Of a stretch of 64,000 nucleotides of DNA, positions 19,883-30,262 are shown one piece after another. The notes below the pieces were generated by a model. The model was not told the DNA's origin. It saw nothing but the letters and a program-made list of their open reading frames with translations, and made no database searches. The stretch's first letter is position 1, and every line of letters begins with the position of its first letter. Source of the DNA: an uncultured delta proteobacterium (GTDB lineage Bacteria; Myxococcota_A; Polyangia; Fen-1088). Position numbers and translations under genes: made by a program. Location: assembly GCA_963767925.1 (NCBI GenBank), contig CAVYGB010000002.1:160001-224000 (forward strand). The letters run 5' to 3'.

Positions 19883-21186
19883 CGCAAGAGCGGCAAGGCG
19901 ATCTTGATCGAGGTGGGGAGGCGAGCCACATGAGGGAAGCGCGGAGTCGGATCGGCGGTGCGCCCGCGGCTCCCGGCGTCTACCCTCCGTTGCCCGACGA
20001 GATGGCCACGAGGCTGGGCGGCTCGCGCGAGCTGGCCCAGCTCGTCCTCGATCAGCTCCCCGCCGGGGTCGGTTACTACGACGCGGAGGGCGTGCTGTTC
20101 GCCTGGAACACCGAGCTGGAGCGGCTGCTGGGGACGTTGCCCCGCCAGGCGGGACAGGTCCGCTTCCGCCCACACGGGGGGACCCAGAGCGGCGCCCCCC
20201 TGGCCCCGGTCGAGCGGGCCCTGCTTGGTGAAGCGACCTGCGACGCCGACCTCGAGGTGGCGCAGCCCGAGGGCAACGGCCGCTGGCTCAAGGTGACGGT
20301 CCTCCCCCTGCCCCGCTCGGCCCCCGCGGGGGCAGCGACCGGTGCGCCCGACGACCGCACCTCGCCCGACGACCGCACCGCCCCCGACGACCGCACCGCC
20401 CCCGACGAACCGGCCGAACTGGACGACGAGGCGGAGGCCGCCGCCGACAAGCCCCGCCCCACCGGCGCGGTGCTGCTGGTGCTCGACGTGGGCGAGGCCC
20501 GCAGCCTCGACGCCGTTCGCGACCAGATCCTCGCGGTGGTAGCCCACGACCTGCGCAACCCCCTGAGCGCCCTGCGCATGACCGCCACGATGTTGACCAA
20601 GTCCCAGGACATGACCACCGCCCGCCGGCAGGAGCTGGCCGAGCGAATGCTGGGGACCATCGGTCGCATGGAGGGTCTCGTCGCGACCCTCGTCGAGCAC
20701 GCCCAGGCCGACCGGGGGATGAAGCTGCGCTTGCAGCGCGACAAGGTCGACCTCGACGAGGTCTACGCCCGGGTCAAGCGCGACATGGATGTGTTGTTCC
20801 CCGGCTGCGCGATCCAGGTGACCCGCCGCGGGCGCCTGGAGGGCCGCTGGGACGGCCCCCGCCTGCAGCGGGTGATCGCCAACCTCATCACCAACGCCAT
20901 CAAACACGGGGCCCCCGATCAGCCGGTGACCCTGACCCTCGACGGCTCCTCGCCCGACGTGGTGTGGTTCAGCGTGCACAACCGGGGCAACCCGATGCCG
21001 CCCGAGCTGCTGCCCCACCTGTACGAGCCCTTCGCCATCGGCAGCCTGTCGGAGGGCCGCCGCCGCCAGATCGGCCTGGGCCTGTTCATCGTCGACCACC
21101 TGGTGACCGCCCACGGCGGCAAGGTCTCCGCCGCCTCCACCACCGCGGACGGCACCACCTTCATCGTCACCCTCCCCCGCGACTGA
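19879..21186 (+). CDS. PAS-like sensor histidine kinase
   Basis: VAHDLRNPL, NLITNAIKHG, IGLGLFIV. Confidence 0.88.
   Translation: MTQERQGDLDRGGEASHMREARSRIGGAPAAPGVYPPLPDEMATRLGGSRELAQLVLDQLPAGVGYYDAEGVLFAWNTELERLLGTLPRQAGQVRFRPHGGTQSGAPLAPVERALLGEATCDADLEVAQPEGNGRWLKVTVLPLPRSAPAGAATGAPDDRTSPDDRTAPDDRTAPDEPAELDDEAEAAADKPRPTGAVLLVLDVGEARSLDAVRDQILAVVAHDLRNPLSALRMTATMLTKSQDMTTARRQELAERMLGTIGRMEGLVATLVEHAQADRGMKLRLQRDKVDLDEVYARVKRDMDVLFPGCAIQVTRRGRLEGRWDGPRLQRVIANLITNAIKHGAPDQPVTLTLDGSSPDVVWFSVHNRGNPMPPELLPHLYEPFAIGSLSEGRRRQIGLGLFIVDHLVTAHGGKVSAASTTADGTTFIVTLPRD
20347..20408 (+). repeat. 18-bp in-frame tandem repeat x3.4 encoding PDDRT(S/A)
   Basis: Units cccgacgaccgcacc(tcg/gcc). Confidence 0.9.
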
Positions 21187-21289
21187 CGGTCCCGACTCCC
21201 GGCGCAAGCTCAGCTGCCAAGCTGGGCAAGGAAGCCGACCGGCGGGGCCGTGTCGCCCGCCCTCCCGCTGGTGGTATCGTGGGGGGCCC

Positions 21290-22732
21290 ATGGCCGAGAC
21301 GGACGAGGCACGACGGGAGCTGGAGGAGCTGCGGGCGAGCGCGCACCAGGTGGTCGACCTGCTCGTCGACTACCTGGGCAAGGTGGGAGAGGGGGCGGTG
21401 TTTCCCGCCGGCGACCCGCGGGCGGTGGCGGCCCTGTTCGAGGAGGCGGCGCCGCACAAGCCGCAGGCCATGGAGGGGATCCTCGCCGAGCTGAAGGACA
21501 AGGTCCTGCCCTGGAGCACGCACGTGGGCCACCCCGGGTACATGGGGCTCATCACCCCCTCGCCCACGCCGGTGGGGGCCCTGGCCGACTTCGTGGCCTC
21601 GGTGCTCAACCAGAACTGCGGGGCCTACTCCATCGGGCCGGCGGCGGTGAGCATCGAGCGGCTGACCGTGCGCTGGCTGGGGTCGCTGCTGGGGCTGGGC
21701 TCGGGGGCGGGCGGGCACCTCACCAGCGGCGGCATGATGGCCAACTTCGAGGGGATCAAGCTGGCCCGCGACTTCGCCAGCGGCGACCAGGCCCAGCACG
21801 AGGGGGTGCGCACGCCGATGGCGGTGTACGTGTCCGAGGAGCGGCACGTCTCGATCGACAAGGCGGTCGACTGCGTGGGGCTGGGGCGGGAGGCGCTGCG
21901 CCCGCTGCCGACCGACGACAACTTCCGGGTGCGGCTCGACGCCCTCGACGCGGCCATCGCGGCCGACAAGGCGCGCGGCATCCACCCGGCCTGCATCGTC
22001 GGCCTGGCCGGCACCACCAACACGGGGGCCATCGACCCGCTGGGCCGGCTGCGCCAGGTGGCCGACCGGGAGAAGATGTGGCTGCACGTCGACGCCGCCT
22101 ACGGGGGCGGCATGGCGCTGTCGACGGCCCGACCGGGGCTGCTGGCTGGCATCGAGCGGGCCGACTCCATCACCATCGACCCCCACAAGTGGTTCTTCGC
22201 CCCCCTCGACGCGGGGGCTATCCTGGTGCGGGAGTGGGCCCGGCTCGAGCGGTCGTACGGGATCGAGCCGCCTTACCTGCGCAGCGCCGACCCGTCCCGC
22301 TTCGACTACTACGTGCACAGCTTCGAGCAGTCGCGCCGCTTCCGGGCGCTGAAGCTGTGGATGAGCTTCAAGCGCTACGGGCTCGATCAGATCGGCCGCT
22401 GGGTCGACGCCAACTGCGAGCAGGCCCTGCACCTGTACCAGCTCTGCAGCGAGGCCCCCGACTTCGAGGCGGCGGCGCGCCCGCCCATGTCGGCGGTGTG
22501 CGTGCGCTGGACCGGGACCAAGGCCACGCCCGAGAAGCTGGCCGCCCTGCACCGGGAGGTCGCGCGCCGGGTGCAGGACGGGGGGCGCTTCTGGTTCTCC
22601 ACGACGGTGCTCAAGGGGCGCTCGTATTTCCGGATCAACCCGGTCAATTTCCGCACCCGGCGGGCGCACATGGACGCGCTGCTGGCGGAGCTGCGCAGCA
22701 CCTGCCAAATGGTGGCCCAGGAGCAGAAGTGA
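21290..22732 (+). CDS. PLP-dependent group II amino-acid decarboxylase
   Basis: TSGG..AN, H.SIDKA, GTTNTGAIDPL, WLHVDAAYGG, DPHKW, SRRFRALKLW. Confidence 0.93.
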   Translation: MAETDEARRELEELRASAHQVVDLLVDYLGKVGEGAVFPAGDPRAVAALFEEAAPHKPQAMEGILAELKDKVLPWSTHVGHPGYMGLITPSPTPVGALADFVASVLNQNCGAYSIGPAAVSIERLTVRWLGSLLGLGSGAGGHLTSGGMMANFEGIKLARDFASGDQAQHEGVRTPMAVYVSEERHVSIDKAVDCVGLGREALRPLPTDDNFRVRLDALDAAIAADKARGIHPACIVGLAGTTNTGAIDPLGRLRQVADREKMWLHVDAAYGGGMALSTARPGLLAGIERADSITIDPHKWFFAPLDAGAILVREWARLERSYGIEPPYLRSADPSRFDYYVHSFEQSRRFRALKLWMSFKRYGLDQIGRWVDANCEQALHLYQLCSEAPDFEAAARPPMSAVCVRWTGTKATPEKLAALHREVARRVQDGGRFWFSTTVLKGRSYFRINPVNFRTRRAHMDALLAELRSTCQMVAQEQK

Positions 22733-22802
22733 CAGACGGAGGCGTGGCAGACACAGGCGTGGCCGAAGACGAACACCTGACGGACAGGAAGCGGGCGCCC
22801 GG

Positions 22803-23846
22803 TTGAAGCGGAGCACGGTCAAGAAGGTCGCCCTGGCGCTGGGGCTGCTCGCGCTGGCCTTCGCCGCCGATCTGGCCTGGCGGCGGTCCTGGTTCCAGCG
22901 GGTCGTCTCGGGCGGGCCGGGTCCGGTGCTGGGCCGGCTGTCGGGGCCGCCGCGCGGGACCATCGCGCCCGAGCCGGAGCTGAAGATCGCCTTCCTCGGC
23001 GACACCGGGGCGGGCGCCGGCTTCCGGGCGGTGCTGGAGCTGGTCGAGCGCGAGGGGGCCCAGGCCCTCGTGCACATGGGCGACGCGCTCTACGTCGAGA
23101 CGCCGGCCCAGTTCTGGGGGGTTGTCGACGAGCTCCTGGGCCACGACTTCCCCTACATCCTCACCCAGGGCAACCACGACCTGCCCCACTGGCCCGCCCT
23201 GGCCGCCCACACCTACGAGCACCTCCGGGATCGGGGCGCGCTCACCGGAGCCATCGGCGCCGGCGATCCCCGCTACGGCCTGATCTTCCGGGGGGTCAGC
23301 CTGCTGCTGCTGGGCAGCTCGCCCCGCTCGATCGACCCGCGCTTCATCGCCGATCGCTTCTCCGATGACGCCCACATCTGGAAGGTCTGCGCCTGGCACA
23401 AGAACCAGAACGCTCTGCAGGTGGGGGGCAAGGACGACGAGATGGGCTGGGGGGTCTACGAGTCGTGCCGGCAGATGGGGGCGATGATCCAGACCGCGCA
23501 CGAGCACTCGTACCAGCGCACCAGGACCCTCAGCAGCACCGTCGAGCAGCGGGTCGATCCCACCTGCAACGATCCCCGCCGCCTCTGCGTGCGCCCGGGG
23601 GCCGTCCCGGTCTTCGTCTCGGGCCTCGGCGGCAGGAGCATACGCGACCAGGAGCGCTGCCTGCCCACCACCTACCCCTACGGCTGCCAGGGCGAGTGGG
23701 CCTTCATCTACACCTCCAACCAGGGCGCCCGCTACGGCGCCCTCTTCATCACCTTCCACGTCGACGGCAACCCCCGCAAGGCGCGCGGCTACTTCAAGAA
23801 CGTCGAAGGCCAGGTCGTCGACACCTTCGACCTCGAAACCCCGTAG
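22803..23846 (+). CDS. Exported calcineurin-like metallophosphoesterase
   Basis: N-terminal signal/TM; GD, GD..Y, GNHD, AHEHSY motifs. Confidence 0.85.
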   Translation: MKRSTVKKVALALGLLALAFAADLAWRRSWFQRVVSGGPGPVLGRLSGPPRGTIAPEPELKIAFLGDTGAGAGFRAVLELVEREGAQALVHMGDALYVETPAQFWGVVDELLGHDFPYILTQGNHDLPHWPALAAHTYEHLRDRGALTGAIGAGDPRYGLIFRGVSLLLLGSSPRSIDPRFIADRFSDDAHIWKVCAWHKNQNALQVGGKDDEMGWGVYESCRQMGAMIQTAHEHSYQRTRTLSSTVEQRVDPTCNDPRRLCVRPGAVPVFVSGLGGRSIRDQERCLPTTYPYGCQGEWAFIYTSNQGARYGALFITFHVDGNPRKARGYFKNVEGQVVDTFDLETP

Positions 23847-24095
23847 CCGCGGGGGGCGCGGGCGCTGCGCCGGAGCGAGACCGTGGTGACCAGCCGCGGG
23901 CGCGCCCACCCCGGGTCCCCGAGCTTTCCGACCCGCGGCCCGTTCGCCCGCCTCGAAACCGCGGGCTTCCGCGAGTACTCTCGGGGTGTACCCGATGCAA
24001 CCCGACGCTGACCCGACTGAACGAGGGGACATGACCGACCAGGAGCGGCCCCCCCGCTCCCGCTCCCCGATCCGCCTGCGGGCCCTCGAGCCGTC

Positions 24096-25835
24096 ATGAG
24101 CCCCCCGAAGAGCTCGTCCGCCGTCCGGAAGCTGCGGGTCCTGGTCATCCAGGGGTCGCGCAGCTTCAGGACCGTGCAGGACCGCCTCGTCCGGCTGCTC
24201 GGCGCCAGCGTCGAGGGCCGCCCGAAGCTCGTCGCCGGGATGCTGGCCCGGAGCTCGCACGAGACCACCTCCTACTGGCTCCAGCTCGTCGTCTCGATCG
24301 GCATCGCGACGCTCGGTCTCGTCGTCGGCAGCACCGCCGTCATCATCGGCGCGATGCTGGTATCTCCCCTCATGGTGCCGATCCTCAACCTGGCCATGGG
24401 GCTGGCCACCGGTTCGCCGTTTCTCGTGCTGCGGGCGGCCGGCCGGATCGTGCTCAGTGTCCTGGTCGCCATCGGGGGCGCGGCCCTGGTCACCGTCCTG
24501 CTCCCCTTCCACGAGCTCAACGTCGAGATCGCGGCGCGGACGTCGCCCACCGTCCTCGATCTCTTGACCGCCGGGTTCTGCGCGCTCGCGGGCGTCTACG
24601 CTTCGCTGCGACCGGGTTCGGATACGGCCACCACGGCGGCGGGGACGGCGATCGGGATCTCGCTCGTCCCCCCGCTCTGCGCCAGCGGCTATGGCCTGGG
24701 AACCGGGATGTGGCCGGTGGCCGGCGGCGCGGCGTTGCTCTTCTTGACGAACCTGATCGCCATCCTTTTCGTGGGGACGCTCTCGTTCCTGGCCGCCGGC
24801 TTCAACCGTGTCGAGGCGACCAGCCTGGAACGGGAGGAGCTCGCGAAGGACCAGGACGCGCTGGTCACGGCCGCGATCTCGCGACGGCTCAACCGGCTCT
24901 TCGAATCCAACGCCGGACCGGCCCTGCGCTTCCTGATGCCCCTGGTTCTGCTGGCGGTGGTGTACGCCCCGCTTCGCCAGGCGCTCGACGAGGTGGCCTG
25001 GCAGGTGCGCACCCGCGCCGCCGTCCGAGATTCGCTGGAGCGGGAAGGCCACAAGATCGTACAGAGTCGGGTTCGCGTGGAGCGCCGGGAGGTCGATGTC
25101 CTCGTGGTGCTGCTCGGCAACACGGCCGCCGCGGAGAGCTCGCGGGCGCGTCTCGATGGCGAGATCAGGCAGGCATCGGGCGTCGTTCCTCGCGTCGAAG
25201 TCCTCGCCATTCCCGACGCGAAGGCCTTCGCCGGCCTCGAGTCCACCATGCGCGCGCCGAGCGACCCCCTGCCGCTGCCGGTCCCTCCGCCTGCTGGGGA
25301 GCAGCTCGACAAGGGACGCGCGCTCATCCGATCGATCGTCACCCGGCTCTGGCCTGCTGCCACCGCCGGCCATCCGCTCGCCATCGAGGTCGGGGCCGGC
25401 GAGAGCGGCGCTCTTCCTGTGCGGGTCGCGCACCTCGGCGCGGCCCTCGGCCCGGACGCGGTGGAGAGCCTCGCCCGGAGCCTCGGCGGCGCGCTCGAGC
25501 GCACGGTCCAGCTCATCGACGTCGCCATTCCTGGCGAGGTCCTCGGGCGCTCCGACGGTGACCTGAGGTTCCTCTCCCGCGTGTCGGCCGGCGTTCGTGC
25601 CAGCGTGGCGATCGACGACGTCAACGTCTGCGTCGTGCAACCCCATCCTCGGCACAAGCGCAGGCGCACCGACCTGCGGGAGCAGGAGCTCGCCGCGGCG
25701 CTTCGGGAGGTCCTGGCGCCGCATCCGCGCGTCACGACCGAGCTCGGTGACGACTGGCTGGTCCGGTTCGTTCGGGGCCAGTGCGCTCCGCCCGACGGGG
25801 ACGCGGACGCGGCGGAGGCGCGGGCGCCCGGGTGA
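24096..25835 (+). CDS. DUF389 membrane protein with C-terminal extension
   Basis: IATLGL...STAVIIGAMLVSPLM, EIAARTSPT, GTAIGISLVPPL. Confidence 0.88.
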   Translation: MSPPKSSSAVRKLRVLVIQGSRSFRTVQDRLVRLLGASVEGRPKLVAGMLARSSHETTSYWLQLVVSIGIATLGLVVGSTAVIIGAMLVSPLMVPILNLAMGLATGSPFLVLRAAGRIVLSVLVAIGGAALVTVLLPFHELNVEIAARTSPTVLDLLTAGFCALAGVYASLRPGSDTATTAAGTAIGISLVPPLCASGYGLGTGMWPVAGGAALLFLTNLIAILFVGTLSFLAAGFNRVEATSLEREELAKDQDALVTAAISRRLNRLFESNAGPALRFLMPLVLLAVVYAPLRQALDEVAWQVRTRAAVRDSLEREGHKIVQSRVRVERREVDVLVVLLGNTAAAESSRARLDGEIRQASGVVPRVEVLAIPDAKAFAGLESTMRAPSDPLPLPVPPPAGEQLDKGRALIRSIVTRLWPAATAGHPLAIEVGAGESGALPVRVAHLGAALGPDAVESLARSLGGALERTVQLIDVAIPGEVLGRSDGDLRFLSRVSAGVRASVAIDDVNVCVVQPHPRHKRRRTDLREQELAAALREVLAPHPRVTTELGDDWLVRFVRGQCAPPDGDADAAEARAPG

Positions 25836-25886
25836 AGCCAGCGCCTGGCCAGGGCGCCGGACCCAACCTCGCCCCCCAGGCCCGGT

Positions 25887-27450
25887 TCAGCGCGCTCGCC
25901 GCGGATGATCGGGCGCTCTTCGGCTCGGGAGATGTCCGGCCTGCAATTGCCCCCAGTAACGGTCGACCTCGCGCCGCACGATCGGCGTCAACAGGTAGAC
26001 ACCGATCAGGTTCGGAATCGCCATGATGAACAGCAGGGCGTCGGCGATGTCGACGATGCTGCCGACTTGCATCGTGCAGCCGACGAGGACCATCGCCAGG
26101 TAGACGACCTTGAAGCCGTACAGCACCACCTTGGACTCGCGGGCCAGGAAGCTGGCCGCCTTCGCGCCGTAGTAGCCCCAGGTGATGGTGGTCGAGAAGG
26201 CAAACAGGAACACGACCACGGCCAGCACCGGCGGAAACCAGGGCATGACCGACTCGAACGCGGCGGAGGTGACCTGGACGCCTCCGAGGTTGCCGGCCCC
26301 CAGGTGCGCGCCGGTGATCACGATGACCACCGCGCTCAAGCTGCAGATCACGACCGTGTCGATGAACGGCTCCCAGAGAGCCACGAAACCCTCCGTGACC
26401 GGCTCGCGCGTCATCACCGCCGAGTGGGCGATGGGCGATGAACCCAGGCCCGCCTCATTGGAGAACGCCGCGCGTCGGAAGCCCTGGATCAGCGCCCCGA
26501 CGACGCCTCCCACCACGCTCTCGGGGAGGAAGGCGCCGGCCAGGATGGCCCGGGCCGCCGCTGGCACGTCCGTCCAGTGGGCGCCGATGACGACGAGACA
26601 GGCGATCAGGTAGATGACGCGTCATGGCTGGGACGAGCCTGGCGGTGACACTGCCGATCCGGGTGATGCCGCCGATCACGACGACTCCGGCGAGGGCCGC
26701 GTAGAGCAGCCCGAACAGCCACGCTCTGCCGGCGAGGATCCCCTCGGAGCCTCCGGTAGCGGCAAGAAACTGCGAATAGGCCTGGTTGGCCTGGAACATC
26801 GCTCCCGCGCCGATGGCCCCGAACATCGTACAGACTGCGAAGGCGACGGCCAGAACCCAGCCGAGTGTTTTGAGCCTGGGGTAGTTTTGCCCCAGCCCGC
26901 GGCTGAGGTAATACATGGGTCCGCCCGAGATGGTTCCGTCTGCTCTCTCGAGCCGGTACATGACCCCCAGGGTGCACTCGACGAACTTCGTCGACATGCC
27001 CAGCAAGCCCGCGAGGATCATCCACAAGGTCGCGCCGGGGCCACCGATGGTGATGGCCACGGCGACACCGGCGATGTTTCCGAGGCCCACGGTGCCCGAG
27101 ACCGCCGAGGTCAGCGCCTGGAAGTGGCTCACTTCACCGGGATGGCTCGGATCGGAGTAGTCGCCCCGGATCAGGCGGAAGCCGTGGGCGAAGCCCCAGA
27201 CGTTGACGAAGCGAAAATAGAGGGTGAAGACGATGCCGGCGAGGATCAGCCAGCCGACGATCAGGGGAAAGACCGTGCCGTTGATCGGTACCGCGTAGAA
27301 GATCGCCGAGGACACCGCCTTGGCGATGGGCTCGACGGCGGCGTCGATACGCTGGTCAAGTCCCCGCTCCGGAGCGGCCAGCGCGGGCATGGGCAACCAG
27401 ATGACGGCGAGGGCCACCAGCAGTGTCGAGAGGGCTTTGGGTACCTTCAC
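25887..27450 (-). pseudogene. Alanine/glycine:cation symporter (AGCS family), one frameshift at ~26620
   Basis: GTVGLGNIAGVA, GPGA.LWM, GGPMYY in one frame; RAAFSNEAGLGS, EPFIDT in the other. The halves join as ..LVPAMT/VIYLIACL.. Confidence 0.85.
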
Positions 27451-27574
27451 GTGCTCGGGAACTTTACACGTACTGGGCTCCCTTCTGCGGGGAGGTTGCG
27501 CGGGTTGGCCACCCGGTACCCGGAAGGGGTGGGGTCTCCGGTCGCTCACGGCCCGGCCAGACCGTTCCGTGCCC

Positions 27575-28087
27575 TCAGGGGGCGTGGCGCTGGTAGGTCA
27601 CGTAGGTGGCTCGGTCGCCGGGGCGGCGCTCGGTGGGGGTCCAGTCGTGCGGGTCGAAGGCGGGGAAGCGGGTGTCGCCGTCGGCTTCGAAGTCGAGCTC
27701 GGTGAGGATGAGGCGGGTGGCCAGCGGAAGGGCCAGGCGGAAGATCTGCGCGCCGCCGATCACCATCGGCTCGGGGTCGGTGTGACGGGCGGCGGCGATC
27801 GCGGCCTCGAGGCTGGGGTAGACCTCGCGGCCGCTGCCGCTGACAGCGCCCGCGGCGGACACCACGAGGTTGCGGCGGCCGTCGAGGGGGCGGCCCCGCT
27901 CGTCCCAGGTGCCCCGGCCCATGACCACGGCGTGACCCAGCGTGGTCCGCCGGAAGTGGGCCCGGTCCTCGGGCAGGTCCCAGGGGAGCTGCCCGCCCCG
28001 CCCGATCACCCCGTTGCGCGCCACCGCCGCCACCAGGGTGAGCGGCAGGCGCGCGCCCGCAAGGGCCGCCGCCGGAGGGGTCGTCAT
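27575..28087 (-). CDS. folA: Dihydrofolate reductase
   Basis: NGVIG.GGQLPW.LPED..HFR..T, VVMGR.TW, RPL.GRRN, VIGGAQI, GDTRFP. Confidence 0.93.
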   Translation of the reverse strand: MTTPPAAALAGARLPLTLVAAVARNGVIGRGGQLPWDLPEDRAHFRRTTLGHAVVMGRGTWDERGRPLDGRRNLVVSAAGAVSGSGREVYPSLEAAIAAARHTDPEPMVIGGAQIFRLALPLATRLILTELDFEADGDTRFPAFDPHDWTPTERRPGDRATYVTYQRHAP

Positions 28088-28596
28088 GGAACGATCCTGA
28101 TGCGCCCGGCCGCCCCTGGCAACCCGGCGTGTCCCTCGAGAGCTGCTCCGAGGCGTCCTTGGCCTCTGCCAGGTCGCGAGCGTGGCGGCGAGCGCCGAAG
28201 ATCAGATCCTTTGCGCCGTAGGCGGGAAGAAGAAAAGAAGAACGGCTTTGCCCCGCGCAGGGTGACCTCGAGGGGCAACATGCCCTTGTCGTCCGAGAAG
28301 GCCCAGTGCGGATGTTCCGCTTCGACGATGTCCAGGCAGTGGACCCGCCGCCGCCGATCACCCTCGCCCACCTCCCGGTAGTCCCCGTCCAGCCACACCG
28401 GCCGCGTGCGCAGGACGACCCGGCCGATGATGGTCGGAAACGCGATGAAAAAAGCGCAGGCCAGCACGTCGCCCAGGTGGCGGCCGAACCTACTCCGCTG
28501 ATATGCGACGCGCGATGGTTTTTTCTCGCGGTCACCATGGTGTCGACCGCAGGGTCGCGGCGCGGTTGGGTCGCTTCTTTGCGGCAGCGGACACAT
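28084..28596 (-). CDS. Hypothetical membrane protein, possibly frameshifted
   Basis: One hydrophobic stretch (VLACAFFIAFPTIIG); stop overlaps the folA start; no recognisable family. Confidence 0.25.
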   Translation of the reverse strand: MCPLPQRSDPTAPRPCGRHHGDREKKPSRVAYQRSRFGRHLGDVLACAFFIAFPTIIGRVVLRTRPVWLDGDYREVGEGDRRRRVHCLDIVEAEHPHWAFSDDKGMLPLEVTLRGAKPFFFSSSRLRRKGSDLRRSPPRSRPGRGQGRLGAALEGHAGLPGAAGRIRIVP

Positions 28597-28767
28597 CCAC
28601 GGCCGGCTCTCGAGCGGCTGGGGATGGGCGCTTTCGGGGGAGGACGATGGGGGTCACCGACGGGGGCGGTGGGGGGCGGGCAGGATGGCATGATGGCGTG
28701 CGTGAGCAGACGTGGCTCGTCGATTCCCGAGGGAAGATGTCGTGCGGCCGGGCGAGGGCGCCCGGTG

Positions 28768-29595
28768 ATGGTCGGGGTGGCCGCGATCGTGGCGATCGCG
28801 GGGGGGTGCGCGACGCCTTCGCGGCGGTTGCCGTTGCAGATGGTGGATGATCCGGTGACGTTGCCGGCGCGGCTGCTGGAGGTGCGGGGGGAGCTGCGGC
28901 GGGAGGTGACGGAGCCGCGGGGGGCGCGGGAGGATTTTTTCTGGCCGTCGTTCCGGTACGGGCTGAGCGACCGGATCACGATGGACGCGCTGACGATGTT
29001 CGATTTTGCGCTGCTCGACGACGCGCCCCCGGCGATCGCCGCCACCGGCCAGGCGGCGGCGGGGGCGCCGCTGTCGCTGGCGGTGCGGGCAGGGGCGGAG
29101 GCGCTGGGGTGGAGCTCGCTCGAGGGGTTCATCATCCAGCCGACGGTGGGAGTGATCGCTCACAAGCGGGTGACGCCGCGGCTGCGGCTGGGAGGCAAGG
29201 CGCTCGGGGGGACCCGCAGCTCGCACGGAGAGATGCTGAGCCGCGGGCTCGAGGGCTGGTGGCTCGGGGGGGAGGGCAACCTGCTCTTCCAGCTCCTCGA
29301 GCACACGGGCTTCGGCCTGGATTTGTTTCACGCGTGGGGGCTGGGTGGGTGGGACTCACCGGCCCATCAGCGCGAGGGGCAGACGGGGCTGACCAGCCGC
29401 TGGTTCGGGGCGCGCCCGGGGCTGTCGTATCGACCGTTTCGCTTCCTGACCGGCGGGCTCGAGGTCGAGGTGCGCTGGGTGCGCTGGCGGCCCCTGACGG
29501 TGGTGCCGATGCCCGGCGACCCGCTCCCGCCGGCCGGCGACTGGTCCCCCCCGGCGGCGGTGCGCGCGCTGACCTACGTCCAGCTCACCTGGTGA
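28768..29595 (+). CDS. Hypothetical lipoprotein / beta-stranded outer-membrane protein
   Basis: Lipobox AGGC; alternating beta-strand pattern; C-terminal YVQLTW. Confidence 0.6.
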   Translation: MVGVAAIVAIAGGCATPSRRLPLQMVDDPVTLPARLLEVRGELRREVTEPRGAREDFFWPSFRYGLSDRITMDALTMFDFALLDDAPPAIAATGQAAAGAPLSLAVRAGAEALGWSSLEGFIIQPTVGVIAHKRVTPRLRLGGKALGGTRSSHGEMLSRGLEGWWLGGEGNLLFQLLEHTGFGLDLFHAWGLGGWDSPAHQREGQTGLTSRWFGARPGLSYRPFRFLTGGLEVEVRWVRWRPLTVVPMPGDPLPPAGDWSPPAAVRALTYVQLTW

Positions 29596-29817
29596 GCGGC
29601 CCTGGCTGACCACGTCCCGCTCCGGTGGGGAGCCGAGGAGCTCGGCCACCTGCATCTTTCCCTCTCCCGCCGCGCCGGGCGAGAGCGAACGGGCAGTGGG
29701 GAGCCGAGGAGCTCGAGCGAGGGCGGGGGGAGCGGCTGCTCGGAGGTTGATCGGCGCGCCTGGCTTCTTCGATCGAGCTTCAGGTCAGCGAGCTTCATGT
29801 CTGTCGACTGTCCGATT

Positions 29818-30240
29818 TCAGCGGTCGGGCGCGGGGGACAGGCCGACCCAGCCCATCCCCGCGTGGGTCAGGGTCTCCCAGACGATGTGGTGGTTGACCC
29901 CCTGGTGGCTGCGCACGCGCGCCTCGACCAGCCGGGCGGTCAGCGGCAGCGGCAGCCCCCGCCGGTCCCGGAAATGGTTGAGGGCGATCTCCCAGGTCGG
30001 CAGGTTCGCCAGGTCGAGCTTGCCCCCGCACAGCCAGCCGGGCACCGGCTTGCCCAGCAGGTAGTCGGCGTGCAGCTCGAGCCCCGCCCGCAGCCGGTCG
30101 GACTGCTCGGCGTACAGGTCGACCCCCTGCTGGAACGCCGTCTCGGCGGCGCTGACGATCGAGGCGATGCCGTAGGCGGTGTGCCCGAAGTCGCGGCAGG
30201 TCTCCTGCGACAGGCCGTCGACCAGCTTCGCCGGGGCTCC
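29818..30240 (-). pseudogene. C-terminal fragment of an alginate-lyase-family protein
   Basis: Hand translation DGLSQETCRDFGHTAYG..AAETAFQQGVDLY..WETLTHA. No start codon upstream of this segment. Confidence 0.7.
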
Positions 30241-30262
30241 CGGCGCGGGAGCGCGGCGGGGA

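Noticed and set aside
27451..27574. Glycine riboswitch upstream of the alanine/glycine symporter
   Set aside because: Expected from context, but the conserved GGAGA..CCGAAG..CUCUCAGG pattern is not found.
27575..28087. Acquired trimethoprim-resistance dfr cassette
   Set aside because: No integrase, attC site or IS nearby; composition matches the host.
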